A stretch of DNA of 64,000 bases from an uncultured Butyrivibrio sp. (GCA_946623755.1 CAMORK010000001.1:67674-131673), one strand, 5' to 3'; shown: positions 46,318 through 57,381, counted from the stretch's first letter. Made by a program: numbers and translations. Notes: generated by a model from the letters alone, not told the origin.

Positions 46318-47388
46318 TTATCTTGTGTGCTGCTTCTCGATTGCTTCCCAGAGTCCGTTGATGTATGTTGCACCGAGGGCTCTGTCGTAGAGGCCGTAAC
46401 CGGGCATTGCTACTTCGCCCCAGATCATTCTTCCGTGGTCAGGACGGATAGGTCCGTCAAAGCCTATCTCGTAGAGAGCCTTAACGATCTCGTACATGTC
46501 AAAGGTTCCGTCTGATGAAAGGTGAGCTGCCTCCTCAAAGTTTGTAGGTGAAATGAACTTGAGGTTTCTTACATGTGCGAAGTGGATCCTGCCCTCAAGT
46601 GCTCTGATCATGTGAGGAAGGTCGTTCTCAAGGCTGGTTCCGTATGAACCTGAGCAGAAGGTTACACCGTTGTGTACATCATCTACAGCCTTCATGAGTT
46701 TTAAGATGTTCTTCTCATTGTTGATGATCCTTGGAAGTCCGAATACTGACCATGCAGGATCGTCGGGATGGATAGCCATCTTGATATCATATTTGTTGCA
46801 GACAGGCATGATTGCCTTAAGGAAATAAACAATATTTTCAAAGAGCTTGTCCTCATCGATTCCGCTGTAAAGCTCAAAAAGCTCTTTTACATGAGCCATT
46901 CTCTCAGGCTCCCAGCCGGGCATTACAGTTCCGTTGGTCTCGCTTGAAATTGACTCAAACATCTTGTCCGGATCAATGGCATCAACAGCTTCCTGGGTGT
47001 AAGCAAGTACAGTTGAGCCGTCAGCTCTTTTCCTTGCAAGTTCGGTTCTGGTCCAGTCGAAGACAGGCATGAAGTTGTAGCATACCATGTGGATGTCTTC
47101 CTTACCGAGGTTTTCAAGAGTCTTGATGTAATTGTCGATGTGTTCGTCCCTGTCCCCCGTTGCAGCCTTGATGGCATCTGAAACGTTGACGGACTCAATG
47201 CCAGCAATCTTCATATCCTCAGCAGCAACATCTGCCTTAAGGGCCTTTATCTCATCCTGTGTCCAGAGCTCTCCTGCTTGTTTGTTGTAGAGTGTTGTGA
47301 TAACGCTCTTTACTCCGGGGATCTGTCTGATCTGCCAAAGCTTAACAGTGTCGAATTCCTTGCCGTACCAGCGAAGTGTCATTTCCAT
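46318..47388 (-). CDS. uxuA: Mannonate dehydratase
   Basis: MEMTLRWYG, CYNFMPVFDWTRT, IHPDDP, RPDHG, PGYGLYDRALG. Confidence 0.97.
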   Translation of the reverse strand: MEMTLRWYGKEFDTVKLWQIRQIPGVKSVITTLYNKQAGELWTQDEIKALKADVAAEDMKIAGIESVNVSDAIKAATGDRDEHIDNYIKTLENLGKEDIHMVCYNFMPVFDWTRTELARKRADGSTVLAYTQEAVDAIDPDKMFESISSETNGTVMPGWEPERMAHVKELFELYSGIDEDKLFENIVYFLKAIMPVCNKYDIKMAIHPDDPAWSVFGLPRIINNEKNILKLMKAVDDVHNGVTFCSGSYGTSLENDLPHMIRALEGRIHFAHVRNLKFISPTNFEEAAHLSSDGTFDMYEIVKALYEIGFDGPIRPDHGRMIWGEVAMPGYGLYDRALGATYINGLWEAIEKQHTR

Positions 47389-47525
47389 AATCTGTAATCT
47401 CCTTTTCTATGAATCAACTTGAATCTTTGTGTTTGTTTCTATGGTCCTAGCATAAACTTCCTTGCAAAAACTTAGAATAGAATTACTTGTTGCCAACTTT
47501 GCAAAAGTTGTTGTACAATCATGGC

Positions 47526-48419
47526 ATGAAAAACAAACTGCGATCATCCTTTAATTCAAGACAGTACATGGTATCCTCCGACTTCGAGGTCTTTTACTAC
47601 TCCGACAGGGACTTTAAGACCCTGAGTCCCCATGCCCATGACTACTACGAGTGCTACCTCTTTATCGAGGGCGATATTACTATGGAGATCTTCTCGGGAA
47701 AAGACAAGACAGAGCGCCACAAGATGTCCCCGGGAGACCTCATGATCGTCCCTCCCGGAATAATGCATCATGCCCTCATGAACGATCCTTCCCAGAACTA
47801 CAGAAGGTTTGTTTTCTGGATCAGCAAGCAGTGCTGTCAGAGCCTTATGGATGAGTCCGTCGACTACATGTATCTGATCCAGAAGGCTGAGGCCTTTCAC
47901 AAATACATCTACCACCTTCCACCTGCGGAGTTTCACCAGGTGGAATCCAGGTTTCTGCGCCTTCTTGAAGAGATATCAAGTGAACGTTACGGGTCCAACG
48001 CTGCGCGACACCTGTGCCTGTGCGACCTGATTCTTACCATCAACAGAGTCATCTACGACGAAGATCATAAGGAAAGTGGATCAGAGGAGCTATCTCTTTT
48101 CCAGAACATCCTCTCCTACGTTGAGAGTAACCTTGAGGACACCCTGTCTCTCGATGACATCGCAGGCCAGTTCTACGTCAGCAAGTACTACATCTCCCAT
48201 CTGTTCAAGGACACCCTGGGAGTTTCGCTCCATCAGTACATAATAAAAAAGCGCCTTTCGGAGTGTCGCAATGCAATCACCGGTGGCGAGAGCATCACAG
48301 CAGCCTACGAGCGCTTTGGCTTCAGAGATTATTCAAGTTTTTTCAAAGCCTTCCGTAAGGAGTACGGCATGTCTCCAAAGGAGTACCAAAACCTTTACTC
48401 AAATCGGCTTTTGAAATGA
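47526..48419 (+). CDS. AraC family regulator, divergent from uxuAB
   Basis: Cupin HAHDYYE, C-terminal GFRDYSSFFKAFRKEYGMSP; TTGCCA-18-TACAAT 6 nt before ATG. Confidence 0.92.
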   Translation: MKNKLRSSFNSRQYMVSSDFEVFYYSDRDFKTLSPHAHDYYECYLFIEGDITMEIFSGKDKTERHKMSPGDLMIVPPGIMHHALMNDPSQNYRRFVFWISKQCCQSLMDESVDYMYLIQKAEAFHKYIYHLPPAEFHQVESRFLRLLEEISSERYGSNAARHLCLCDLILTINRVIYDEDHKESGSEELSLFQNILSYVESNLEDTLSLDDIAGQFYVSKYYISHLFKDTLGVSLHQYIIKKRLSECRNAITGGESITAAYERFGFRDYSSFFKAFRKEYGMSPKEYQNLYSNRLLK

Positions 48420-49767
48420 TCCTTTTCCAGTTCGGGGAAAAGATATAATAACCGATCATGCAGATCATTCCAAAGGCAAAGGATATCGGGAAGCACAACA
48501 TGACATAGGTCCCGTCAAAGAACCTGCTTATGATATACGCACACGGAATCCTGACTGCCCAGAGCATCATCAGGTTTATCAGTGTTGTGTATTTGACATA
48601 TCCCACTCCGTTGACAATATTGGAAATGCAGTTAAAAACAGCATAGCACCACTGAGACAAAAGCACTGCCACCACGTACCTTCCGGCGTACATAAGCACT
48701 GTCTCATCCTGTGTAAAGAACTTAAGTATCGGCATTCTGAAGGAAATGAACGCGAGGCCCAGCGCAAGAGTCGCAATTCCGTTGATTGCCGGTATTTTTA
48801 TGTATCCGTCCCTTAATCTGTCATAGTTTTCGGCGCCGAAGTTCTGCCCGGAGAACGTGGAAGCTGCTGCCGATACAGCAGTAATGGCTACATTTGTTAT
48901 ACCTGTGATTCGCCCAGCCACCGACGCTCCGGCCATGAACTTATAGCCCTGCGCATTCACAAGGGTCTGCATCGCCATGTGTCCAAAGGAAAACAGCGAA
49001 TTGTTGAGGCCGATGGGAACACCTATTGCAAGTATCTGCTTCATTTCCTGAAGGTTCAGAGCCCTTGGGAGGAAACTAAATGAAAGCTCAGGAAATTTCT
49101 TTTTTATGTAAAAGACACTTACAATCCAGGAAACAAACATAGATATACTTGTGGCCATAGCCGCTCCCTGTACATCCATTGAAAACCTTGCCACAAACAA
49201 CAGATCAAGAATTATATTTGTCACGCAGGAAACTACCAGAAACCAGAGTGAAGCCACGCTGTCTCCAAGACCTCTTAGTATTCCTGCATTCATGTTATAT
49301 CCGATATTTCCAAGTGCTCCGAGGAACACAACCCTGGTATACATCAGGGCTGCATCTGAAACATCTTCCGGAACTCCCATGAACTTAAGTATAAAAGGCG
49401 CCAGAACAAATCCAAGTATCGCAATAGGAATCCCGCTCAGATATACAAATGATGCGGAGGCTGCCGCAATGTCTTTTACCCGCTTTCCGTCACCTGCGCC
49501 AATCCTCTGAGAGACCAGGATCGAAGCGCCTGTGCCGATTCCAAGAAATACGCACAGCAAAACCTCCACCGGCTGAGCACTTGTTCCCACTGCCGCCAGA
49601 GCCTTGTCTCCGCAGTATCGTCCCACTATAAGAGTATCAACTGTTGTATACAGCTGCTGCAGAATGTTTCCCAGTACGATAGGTATCGCAAAGAGAATCA
49701 CATTTTGCATGATACTTCCTTTTGTCATATCAATCTTTTTCGTTTTCATGTCTCTATTTTCATTCAT
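48343..49767 (-). CDS. MATE family transporter
   Basis: DMTKGSI, QQLYTTVDTLIVG, ILRGLGDS, LDLLFV. Confidence 0.92.
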   Translation of the reverse strand: MNENRDMKTKKIDMTKGSIMQNVILFAIPIVLGNILQQLYTTVDTLIVGRYCGDKALAAVGTSAQPVEVLLCVFLGIGTGASILVSQRIGAGDGKRVKDIAAASASFVYLSGIPIAILGFVLAPFILKFMGVPEDVSDAALMYTRVVFLGALGNIGYNMNAGILRGLGDSVASLWFLVVSCVTNIILDLLFVARFSMDVQGAAMATSISMFVSWIVSVFYIKKKFPELSFSFLPRALNLQEMKQILAIGVPIGLNNSLFSFGHMAMQTLVNAQGYKFMAGASVAGRITGITNVAITAVSAAASTFSGQNFGAENYDRLRDGYIKIPAINGIATLALGLAFISFRMPILKFFTQDETVLMYAGRYVVAVLLSQWCYAVFNCISNIVNGVGYVKYTTLINLMMLWAVRIPCAYIISRFFDGTYVMLCFPISFAFGMICMIGYYIFSPNWKRIISKADLSKGFGTPLETCRTPYGRL

Positions 49768-49886
49768 GATTCAATAATTTTCTTATGTTCTTATTCCCTC
49801 ATATAACCAAAAATAATGAAATCATGTCATTTTGATGCTATGATTAATCAGACACAAGAGTAAAGAAAGCCTACGGAGGTACAAAA

Positions 49887-50750
49887 ATGGCTCTTCCTCT
49901 GCCCCAGGGCAAACAGTTCACAATCATCTACAGAATGCTGGAATCAAGCTTTGAAATGACATCCATGGAAGTGGCTTCAGATCACTATTCCCTTGGTTTT
50001 ATCATCCATGGCGACAGGAAGGTAATAACTCCCACCAAGACCTTCATGCTTCACGCGGGATTCATCAACGGAATTCCGCCCTATGCCTATCATCGCACAA
50101 TTCCCGGTTCATTGGATTATTACGAGAACTATCTCATCAAGTTTTCTCCTGATTATGTAAAAGAGCTCACAGAAGAGCTTGGAGCTCAATTTCTTGATAA
50201 CCTCTATGCGCAGTTCCCGAAGGAGTTTGACGACGAGGACAGGAAAGAGCTCTTTTCTCTGGCAAAGACTCTGCTTGATGCCTATGACAGTCTTAATGAG
50301 TGCGAAAAGCCTGAAGATATCAGGGTCTCAGAGCTCAAGGTCAAGCACCTCTTCTATGCTCTTCTCCTTCTCATAAACGACAAGGGGCGCAGCGCCTGGG
50401 AAAAGACTGTGCTCCACAATAAAGCTCTCTCTGAGCCCATCATGGAAGCTGTCTACTTTGTGGAAAAGAACTATAAAAAGCCCATTAAGATTGAGGACGC
50501 TGCTGCCATCTCCGGATATTCCGTCACTTACTTTTCAAAGCTCTTTTCCGCACAGCTTGGAAAGCCCTTCTCGGAATATCTGTGCATAACAAGGCTTAAG
50601 CATGTACAGAATCTCCTGCTGTCCACCGATATGTCCGTCATGGACATCTCCCTGGAGTGCGGATTTTCCTACCCTGGCAACATGACAGCCAGCTTTAAAA
50701 AGGAGTTCGGCATGACTCCTCTTCAGTTCAGGAAACAGAACAGAACCTAA
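49887..50750 (+). CDS. AraC family regulator
   Basis: C-terminal double HTH, CGFSYPGNMTASFKKEFGMTP; RBS GGAGG. Confidence 0.9.
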   Translation: MALPLPQGKQFTIIYRMLESSFEMTSMEVASDHYSLGFIIHGDRKVITPTKTFMLHAGFINGIPPYAYHRTIPGSLDYYENYLIKFSPDYVKELTEELGAQFLDNLYAQFPKEFDDEDRKELFSLAKTLLDAYDSLNECEKPEDIRVSELKVKHLFYALLLLINDKGRSAWEKTVLHNKALSEPIMEAVYFVEKNYKKPIKIEDAAAISGYSVTYFSKLFSAQLGKPFSEYLCITRLKHVQNLLLSTDMSVMDISLECGFSYPGNMTASFKKEFGMTPLQFRKQNRT

Positions 50751-50847
50751 AAATTTAACAATTTATCTCGTGCAACTTAAACGTTTTCGTGATATGATTG
50801 ATAAAGATTAATCATGATTTTTAGGTAATGATCAAGAGGAAAAACAT

Positions 50848-51885
50848 ATGAGAAAATTCGAAGGATACCAGAAGGGAATAAACCTGGGAGGATGGCTCTC
50901 TCAGGCCGATGAAAAGACAAAGCAGCACTACGATACTTTCATCCTCAGAGAGGACATTGAAAAAATAGCAAGCTGGGGCTGTGACCACGTTCGTCTCCCA
51001 ATTGACTACATCGTCATTGAGGGTGAAGACGGATCAATGCTTGAGGACGGCTACACTTACGTTGACAACTGCATCAAGTGGTGCAGAGAGTTTGGTCTCA
51101 ACATCCTCATCGATATGCACAACACCTACGGATACACTTTCGATCCGCTTGAGGTAAACGGAGACAAAGAGATCTTCTTCCACGATGCTTCTCTTCAGGA
51201 GAGATTCTATCAGATGTGGGATCGCATCTCCAAGAGATATGCAAATCAGAAGGATATTGCATTTGAGCTTTTGAATGAGGTTATCTCTCCTGATATCAAG
51301 GACGAGTGGAACGCCATCGCAGACAAGGCCATCGATACCATCAGAAAGAACGCGCCCGATACTTACGTAGTAGTAGGCGGTGTTTGCTACAACAACGTAA
51401 GAAGCGTGCCTTTCCTCAATCCTCCCAAGGATGACCACGTAGTTTACAACTTCCACTGCTACGAGCCCATGATCTTCACTCATCAGAGAGCATGGTGGAT
51501 GGACAATATGCCAAAGGATATCACTGTTGAATATCCTGCAACCACAGCCGAGTACTCAGAAAAGAGCAAGGGTCTTGACCCTGACTGGGCCGGCGCGATC
51601 CTTAAGATGAAGGTCAAGGAGATGGGTGCAGACTACTTTGCAGAGCTCTTTGAGCCCGCTGTAGAAGCCGCAACCAGGAACAACGCTCCTCTATACTGCG
51701 GAGAGTACGGTGTTATCGATCAGGCACCTGCAAATCCTTCTACAATCAACTGGATCAAGGACATCCATAATGCCTTTGAAAAATACGGTATCGGAAGAGC
51801 CCTCTGGGTTTACAAGGAGAAGGACTTCGGTATCGTAGGACCACACTATGACAGTGTAAGAGATGAAATGATCAAGAACCTCTGA
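50848..51885 (+). CDS. Glycoside hydrolase family 5 (CelC-like cellodextrinase/endoglucanase), no signal peptide
   Basis: GINLGGWLSQ, DHVRLP, FELLNE, FHCYEP, LYCGEYG. Confidence 0.92.
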   Translation: MRKFEGYQKGINLGGWLSQADEKTKQHYDTFILREDIEKIASWGCDHVRLPIDYIVIEGEDGSMLEDGYTYVDNCIKWCREFGLNILIDMHNTYGYTFDPLEVNGDKEIFFHDASLQERFYQMWDRISKRYANQKDIAFELLNEVISPDIKDEWNAIADKAIDTIRKNAPDTYVVVGGVCYNNVRSVPFLNPPKDDHVVYNFHCYEPMIFTHQRAWWMDNMPKDITVEYPATTAEYSEKSKGLDPDWAGAILKMKVKEMGADYFAELFEPAVEAATRNNAPLYCGEYGVIDQAPANPSTINWIKDIHNAFEKYGIGRALWVYKEKDFGIVGPHYDSVRDEMIKNL

Positions 51886-51901
51886 TTGATCTGATAAATA
51901 T

Positions 51902-51931
51902 AGCCCACATGCCAGAGCATGTGGGCTTTTT
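51902..51931 (+). terminator. Intrinsic terminator between convergent genes
   Basis: AGCCCACATGC/GCATGTGGGCT followed by TTTT. Confidence 0.85.
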
Positions 51932-51939
51932 CGTTGTCT

Positions 51940-52497
51940 TTATCCGGTTGTTATTTCATTTCCATGGTCTTTAAGCCATTTACGTCTCTCTTTATAATCC
52001 GGAATGACTTTTTCAACCTCCGCCCAGAATCTGGGTGAATGGTTCATCTCTTTTAAATGGCAGAGTTCGTGTACTACCACATAGTCGATGATCTCATCCG
52101 GGGTGCGCATCAGAAGGCAGTTAAAGTTAAGATTTCCCTGTGCAGAGCAGCTTCCCCAGCGGCTCTTTTGCATTCTGATGGTGATCCTTCCATACTCCAC
52201 TCCCATAAGATTTGCGTAATATCTCACTCTCTGAGGGATAATGCGCTTTGCCTTTGTTGTAAGGAGCTTTATTTCCTGTTTGGTCAGCTCAGCCTGAGGA
52301 GATTGCGCTCTCTCTTTTTGCTTCTCCTGCATTTTGCGCAAATGCTTATCAATCCAGTCGGCCTTCTCTCCGATGAGGCGATTGATCTCACTGACTGATG
52401 CGTACTTCGGAGCGCGGACTATAACTCTTGCGTCAGGCGTAATCTCTATGCAAATGGTCTTTCGTTTACTTCTTATTAGTTCTATTTCTTTCGTCAT
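51940..52497 (-). CDS. YgjP/DUF45 (M48-like) zinc metallo-hydrolase
   Basis: QKSRWGSCS, YVVVHELCH, NHSPRFW. Confidence 0.9.
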   Translation of the reverse strand: MTKEIELIRSKRKTICIEITPDARVIVRAPKYASVSEINRLIGEKADWIDKHLRKMQEKQKERAQSPQAELTKQEIKLLTTKAKRIIPQRVRYYANLMGVEYGRITIRMQKSRWGSCSAQGNLNFNCLLMRTPDEIIDYVVVHELCHLKEMNHSPRFWAEVEKVIPDYKERRKWLKDHGNEITTG

Positions 52498-52511
52498 ATT
52501 CACGTATTATA

Positions 52512-54548
52512 TCACTTATCAAAAACCTGTGCTCCCTTTCTTACAAAGAACACCGGGATATCCCTGATCGTGCAGGATACCTCTACAGTATCACCGCCTT
52601 TATATTCTGAAAGCACTACGCCCTTATCCGAGATGTCTTTTACCAGGCACCACTCACCTCCCGGCAGTGTCACTGTGACTGATGAAGCTCCCTCATCAAA
52701 AACAGGGCATGCAAGTACGTCTCTTCCAAAGAAAAAGACATCGCTCTCAGGATCATAATCGGGATCATTTAAAAAGACCGGGTATATGATTGGAGTGCAC
52801 TCACAAACTGATCTCTCCATCTGCCTGTACAGATATGGTATGAGAGCCTCCCTCAGGTCAAAGAGGCGCTTTACGGTCTCTACCTCATCTTCATACAGCC
52901 AGGGCATGTTTGAAGTTCCATCTGTATTCCAGGAGTGCAGCACAAACCTGGGCGTAAAGATTCCGTACTGGATCCATCTGAGGAACAGCTCCTTGGAGGG
53001 CTTTGGGCCGGCAAATCCGCCTATGTCCTGACCAAAGTTATAGATGCCGGAAAGGCTCATGGTCATTGCCATCTTATGGTTAAATCTGAAATCCTCGAAG
53101 CTGGTTCTGTTATCTCCTGTCCAGGTGGATGCAATCCTTGAAGTTCCAACAATTCCGCACCTTGATACGGCAGTCTTATTTGATATATCTGGTGCAGCTT
53201 CAAGGCTTGCTCTTGTCATCAGGTATGAAAACAATGGCTTTATCAGCTTGGCTCTGATGGGTCTGCCAAAGCCATCGGCATATACGTCCTCATCAGGAAC
53301 GTCATACTCGTTATTGTCATTCCAGGTGCTGTAATAGCCCTTATCTACCAGTTCTTTTTTAACACACTCTGTCCAGAACTTCGCTGCATTTTCATTGGTA
53401 AAGTCCAGATAACTTCCCATTCCGCCCCAGAAAGGGAACTTTGCAGGAGTGCCATCTCCGTTTTTCAAAAACCATCCGTTCCCAGCGATCATCTCGTACA
53501 TCGGGTGATCATCCAAAAAGCACGGCTTTATGTTTGGCAGAAACTCCACTCCCTTTTCCCTGAAGGTCCTGCTAAGACCCTCGGGCGAAGGAATCTTATC
53601 CGTGTTCCAGTGAAAGACATATCGCTTGTCGCCAATCTGAGTATAGCCACTGGACAGATAGAAGCCTCCGGGGGAAATGCCGTATTTTTCGCAGAGTGCA
53701 AGAAAGCCCTCAAGCTGCTCTCCGGCATTATCGGCATCTGTATACGCCATTGTACTTCCGCAATATTTAAGCGTCCACTTCGGCGGAAGGAATGTACCTC
53801 CGGACAAGCGGACAAAACTCTTTAGAATCTCAGGAACGCTTCCGTAAAAGACATAGTAGACAAGATACTCTTCCTCGCATCTAAAGGACTTGAAAAGCGA
53901 GTAATAATTGTCATGCTCTCTTCCAAAGTTAAACTCACCGTCAGAATAAGTGTCATAGTAGATTCCGTATGAGCCTGCAGAATTCCTGCAGATGTAGAAC
54001 GGAACATGCTTATACAAAGGGTCTGATGACCTTGCATCAAATCCCATGGAATCTGTGGTTCCAAGCTTAAAGCATCTTCCGTTTTTATTGACATCCCCCG
54101 ACTTATCTCCAAGCCCAAAGATGTACTCATCCTCCTGTCTTGAAAGATAATGACAGGCTCCTCTTCCCAGCTCGCCTTCAAGGTTATAAGCCATGTATTC
54201 CCTGTCCTTGAACAGAACTTCCCCGCCTTCGTAATGTGTGATCAGGAAATTCTTTTTTTGGACAGAAAGACTGTGGCTGCCAAATGTGAATGTCCAGCCA
54301 CCATCGTCTTCAGTCATCTGTGTCTTTTCGCCCATAAGGCCTTTGCAGGATAACTTGTCCCTTCCCTCATAGGGCATCTCCCCATCCGGGCATACTGAGA
54401 AGGTGTTAAAAAAATTGCTTCCGTCTTTATAGATTGCCACCCGGACCATGTCCTTGAAGAAATCAAGCCTTGCATTTATATCTGATTCCTTGAAAAGAAA
54501 TGTGGATTCCTCCCGGGTTTTAAGAGTAAATCTGTGGTCATATTTCAT
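52512..54548 (-). CDS. Glycoside hydrolase family 31
   Basis: FGLGDK, DPLYKHVPF, WNDNNE, WTGDN, DIGGFAG; ATGA overlap with the upstream gene. Confidence 0.92.
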   Translation of the reverse strand: MKYDHRFTLKTREESTFLFKESDINARLDFFKDMVRVAIYKDGSNFFNTFSVCPDGEMPYEGRDKLSCKGLMGEKTQMTEDDGGWTFTFGSHSLSVQKKNFLITHYEGGEVLFKDREYMAYNLEGELGRGACHYLSRQEDEYIFGLGDKSGDVNKNGRCFKLGTTDSMGFDARSSDPLYKHVPFYICRNSAGSYGIYYDTYSDGEFNFGREHDNYYSLFKSFRCEEEYLVYYVFYGSVPEILKSFVRLSGGTFLPPKWTLKYCGSTMAYTDADNAGEQLEGFLALCEKYGISPGGFYLSSGYTQIGDKRYVFHWNTDKIPSPEGLSRTFREKGVEFLPNIKPCFLDDHPMYEMIAGNGWFLKNGDGTPAKFPFWGGMGSYLDFTNENAAKFWTECVKKELVDKGYYSTWNDNNEYDVPDEDVYADGFGRPIRAKLIKPLFSYLMTRASLEAAPDISNKTAVSRCGIVGTSRIASTWTGDNRTSFEDFRFNHKMAMTMSLSGIYNFGQDIGGFAGPKPSKELFLRWIQYGIFTPRFVLHSWNTDGTSNMPWLYEDEVETVKRLFDLREALIPYLYRQMERSVCECTPIIYPVFLNDPDYDPESDVFFFGRDVLACPVFDEGASSVTVTLPGGEWCLVKDISDKGVVLSEYKGGDTVEVSCTIRDIPVFFVRKGAQVFDK

Positions 54549-55870
54549 TTTGGGTCTCCTCTGAAGGTATTTACTATCAGCTTTACAGGGTCCGGACGTT
54601 TCATCTTTATTCCTTTTTTTGAGATAACAAGACAACTCTTTCCCCTCTTCCATACAGGACGCCCTGAAGCATTTGGATTTCCGGTTTTCACAAAATCTGC
54701 AATGTAATCCATCATAAGAGCTGATATTTCCATATCCTTGTCATCATATGGTCTAAAGCTCTTTTCAAGAGTTCCGAACAGGTATCTTAAATCTGATGAA
54801 TGAAATGCTCCATTGTCATCGCCGGGGGCATCGATGTCAAAATAGTAGCGATATCCGCCGGCCTTTCCCATAAACTTACGTGCCATGTTATACAAAACAA
54901 CATTGTACATATCATTACTTGTAGTTCCCGCCATGTAATCAATCTTAAGTGGCTTCTCTATCAGTTTTTCCACGCTTTCCGTCAGAAGATATCCGTCAAT
55001 AACAGGCTGTGTGTTGACGGTATTATCTTTTCGGACTTTCTTAATCTCTTCAATTGCACCAAGAACCGCCTTATCATCAAGCTCTTTAAACTCATCAAAG
55101 TTTGTCGCCCCGGAGAGTTTTATCACTTCTTCCCAGTAGCCGCGGGTGTCTGCAGATGCCTTCGGTCGTCCCATCTTTGGGAAAAGACCTGCTCCTGAGA
55201 TCATAATTGCCCGTTCAAAAAGATCTTTAGCCTTCTCTGACAGACAAAGATACTGCAACGAAATCGCACCTGCGCTTTGTCCCATGGCAGTTATGCAACC
55301 AGGGTCTCCGCCAAAAGAGCCTATATGACTCTTTACCCATTTAAGTGAAACCAATATATCATCAAGTCCAAAATTCCCATCTCTTCCAAACTCATCCTGA
55401 ATCTGCCTGTGTGTCATATATCCGAAAACACCCACGCGGTAGTTAACGCACACAAGGATCAGCCCTCTCTTTGCATAGGCTTCGCCATCCAGATATCCCT
55501 CGCTGTTGGCCATGGAATTAAATCCGCCTCCGTGTATAAAGACGAGCACCGGTGCATTATGTGCATTCTTGGGTGTATAGATATTGAGATTTAAGCAGTC
55601 CTCGCTGTAGGTAAAATCGAGTCCTTCACGGAATTCCCTGTGATAGAATCTCCGCTCAGGAACATCCAGATGTGGAAAGTAGGTCCTGTACTGGGAGCAT
55701 GCATCTCCAAAAGCTGTGGCATCGTATGTGCCATCCCAACCCTCTACCTGCTTTGCGTACTCAAATCTCTTGGCCTTAGCATATTTTATTCCCAAAAACT
55801 CAAGACACTCTTCTCTTTCATTTCCCCGGATCCTACCGAGATCTGTGTCTATTTCGATGTATTTACTCAT
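54545..55870 (-). CDS. Type-B carboxylesterase
   Basis: SEDCLNLNIYTP, HGGG, GQSAG, AFHSSD. Confidence 0.92.
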   Translation of the reverse strand: MSKYIEIDTDLGRIRGNEREECLEFLGIKYAKAKRFEYAKQVEGWDGTYDATAFGDACSQYRTYFPHLDVPERRFYHREFREGLDFTYSEDCLNLNIYTPKNAHNAPVLVFIHGGGFNSMANSEGYLDGEAYAKRGLILVCVNYRVGVFGYMTHRQIQDEFGRDGNFGLDDILVSLKWVKSHIGSFGGDPGCITAMGQSAGAISLQYLCLSEKAKDLFERAIMISGAGLFPKMGRPKASADTRGYWEEVIKLSGATNFDEFKELDDKAVLGAIEEIKKVRKDNTVNTQPVIDGYLLTESVEKLIEKPLKIDYMAGTTSNDMYNVVLYNMARKFMGKAGGYRYYFDIDAPGDDNGAFHSSDLRYLFGTLEKSFRPYDDKDMEISALMMDYIADFVKTGNPNASGRPVWKRGKSCLVISKKGIKMKRPDPVKLIVNTFRGDPK

Positions 55871-57318
55871 CTGACCTGTCCCTTTAAATAGTCTTCCTTC
55901 CGGTTCTGAAGCTCACCAACCTTCTCCTTGGAGAGTGGATACCAGAAAAGCAAAGCAATTGCCATCAGCGCAAACATTACCGCCGGAATAAGAGTTGCAA
56001 GAACATACATCAGATCAAGCTGTCCTTCGGAAAAGACAAATTCCAGAGTGCTTGCAGTGTCATAATATCCCATTGCAAGTAAGGCTGCATTCACAGCTAT
56101 CGCCGAAATAACCTGACCTAGTTTTCTAAAAAAATTTAAGAAGGCATATGCAGTACCGTTGTCCTTACTTCCGGTGCTGACTTCAATCTCATCTATGGCA
56201 TCCCCCGCCATTGCCCAGAGCTGAAGCACAAAGATATTAAGACCAAATCCGGAGATAAGACACAAAACCATAAAAGGCATGAGGGCCGCTCCCGGATCCA
56301 GGAATTTCAAGAAAAACATCAGGAAATTTGCTGCAGCAGCTATGATCATACCAACGGAGGTAATCTCTTTTTTACCAAACTTCCTTGCAAGCTTTGGGGT
56401 AAAAAGCATAAGTATTGCCATTGGGATATAGGTCAAAATGGTTGGCAGGGATACAAAGATTCCGCCCTTTCCGAAGTAGTATCTGATCAGATAAATATAA
56501 TAGCTCTGAGTGAACATCTGTCCTGCAAGGAGCAACATTGCAACAACGGAAATAGAAAGCATGGCCTTGTTCCTGAATATAAGCTTAAGGGCCTTTGACG
56601 CAGCACCTTTTTCATGCTTTTGTGGCTCTGTTTTTACTCTTTCTTTTGTACCTGCAAATGCCAGAAGAAGAAAGATCACAGACAGCACAGACATAACAAT
56701 GACGCCTGTCAGAAGAACATCATACTTTACAATAGCCTTTCCCGTAGCCTTATCTGTGGAAAAGCAGAGCATTGAAAGCACCATGACAGGCATGCTGCCC
56801 AGTGCTGAACCTACTGCTCTGAAGACAGAGAGCTTGGATCTTTCTTTTACATCAAGGGTAATAACTGTGGCAAGAGAGCCATAGGGAATCTGAAGCATAG
56901 TATAGATCATACCCCACGCCACATATGTGATGGTTGCATAAATATATGCAGGAAGATTATCTCCCGGTGTTCCGAAACCGTCGAATTTAAGAAAAAGAAG
57001 GATTGAAGCGATGGCCAGAGGAAATGCCACCCTCAGAAACCACACCCTGTATCTTCCATGCTTTGAAACAGGTGCTGTATCACAAATTCTGCCCATAATA
57101 GGGTCATTTACAGCGTCCCATACCCTGGTAAGTACAAACATCACCATGATAAAGAACGGACTTAAAATCAGGACATCCGTGTAATACGTCTGAAGAATTG
57201 ACGTAACAAGTCCAAATACCAGACATCCGCCTGCATCTCCCAATGCGTAGCAGATATACTCCGGCGTCTTAAGGCCGCTGGCTCTGGCAATCATACTTTT
57301 TTCATCAGTTTGTCCCAT
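55867..57318 (-). CDS. GPH/MFS_2 glycoside:cation symporter
   Basis: YALGDAG, WDAVNDPIMG, QIPYGSL, about 12 TM segments. Confidence 0.92.
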   Translation of the reverse strand: MGQTDEKSMIARASGLKTPEYICYALGDAGGCLVFGLVTSILQTYYTDVLILSPFFIMVMFVLTRVWDAVNDPIMGRICDTAPVSKHGRYRVWFLRVAFPLAIASILLFLKFDGFGTPGDNLPAYIYATITYVAWGMIYTMLQIPYGSLATVITLDVKERSKLSVFRAVGSALGSMPVMVLSMLCFSTDKATGKAIVKYDVLLTGVIVMSVLSVIFLLLAFAGTKERVKTEPQKHEKGAASKALKLIFRNKAMLSISVVAMLLLAGQMFTQSYYIYLIRYYFGKGGIFVSLPTILTYIPMAILMLFTPKLARKFGKKEITSVGMIIAAAANFLMFFLKFLDPGAALMPFMVLCLISGFGLNIFVLQLWAMAGDAIDEIEVSTGSKDNGTAYAFLNFFRKLGQVISAIAVNAALLAMGYYDTASTLEFVFSEGQLDLMYVLATLIPAVMFALMAIALLFWYPLSKEKVGELQNRKEDYLKGQVR

Positions 57319-57381
57319 AATATGTAACCCTCCCCATAAATAGATAAAAAAATGATATCACAAATCTTTCGGGAGCGCACT

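Noticed and set aside
47389-47525. Riboswitch or RNA motif upstream of uxuA
   Set aside because: Only promoter elements and a CAACTTTGCAAAAGTTG palindrome (possible regulator site) are visible; no multi-stem structure.
48343-48419. 77-nt convergent overlap of the AraC and MATE genes
   Set aside because: Most simply a stop-codon shift extending the MATE tail; no sign of function.
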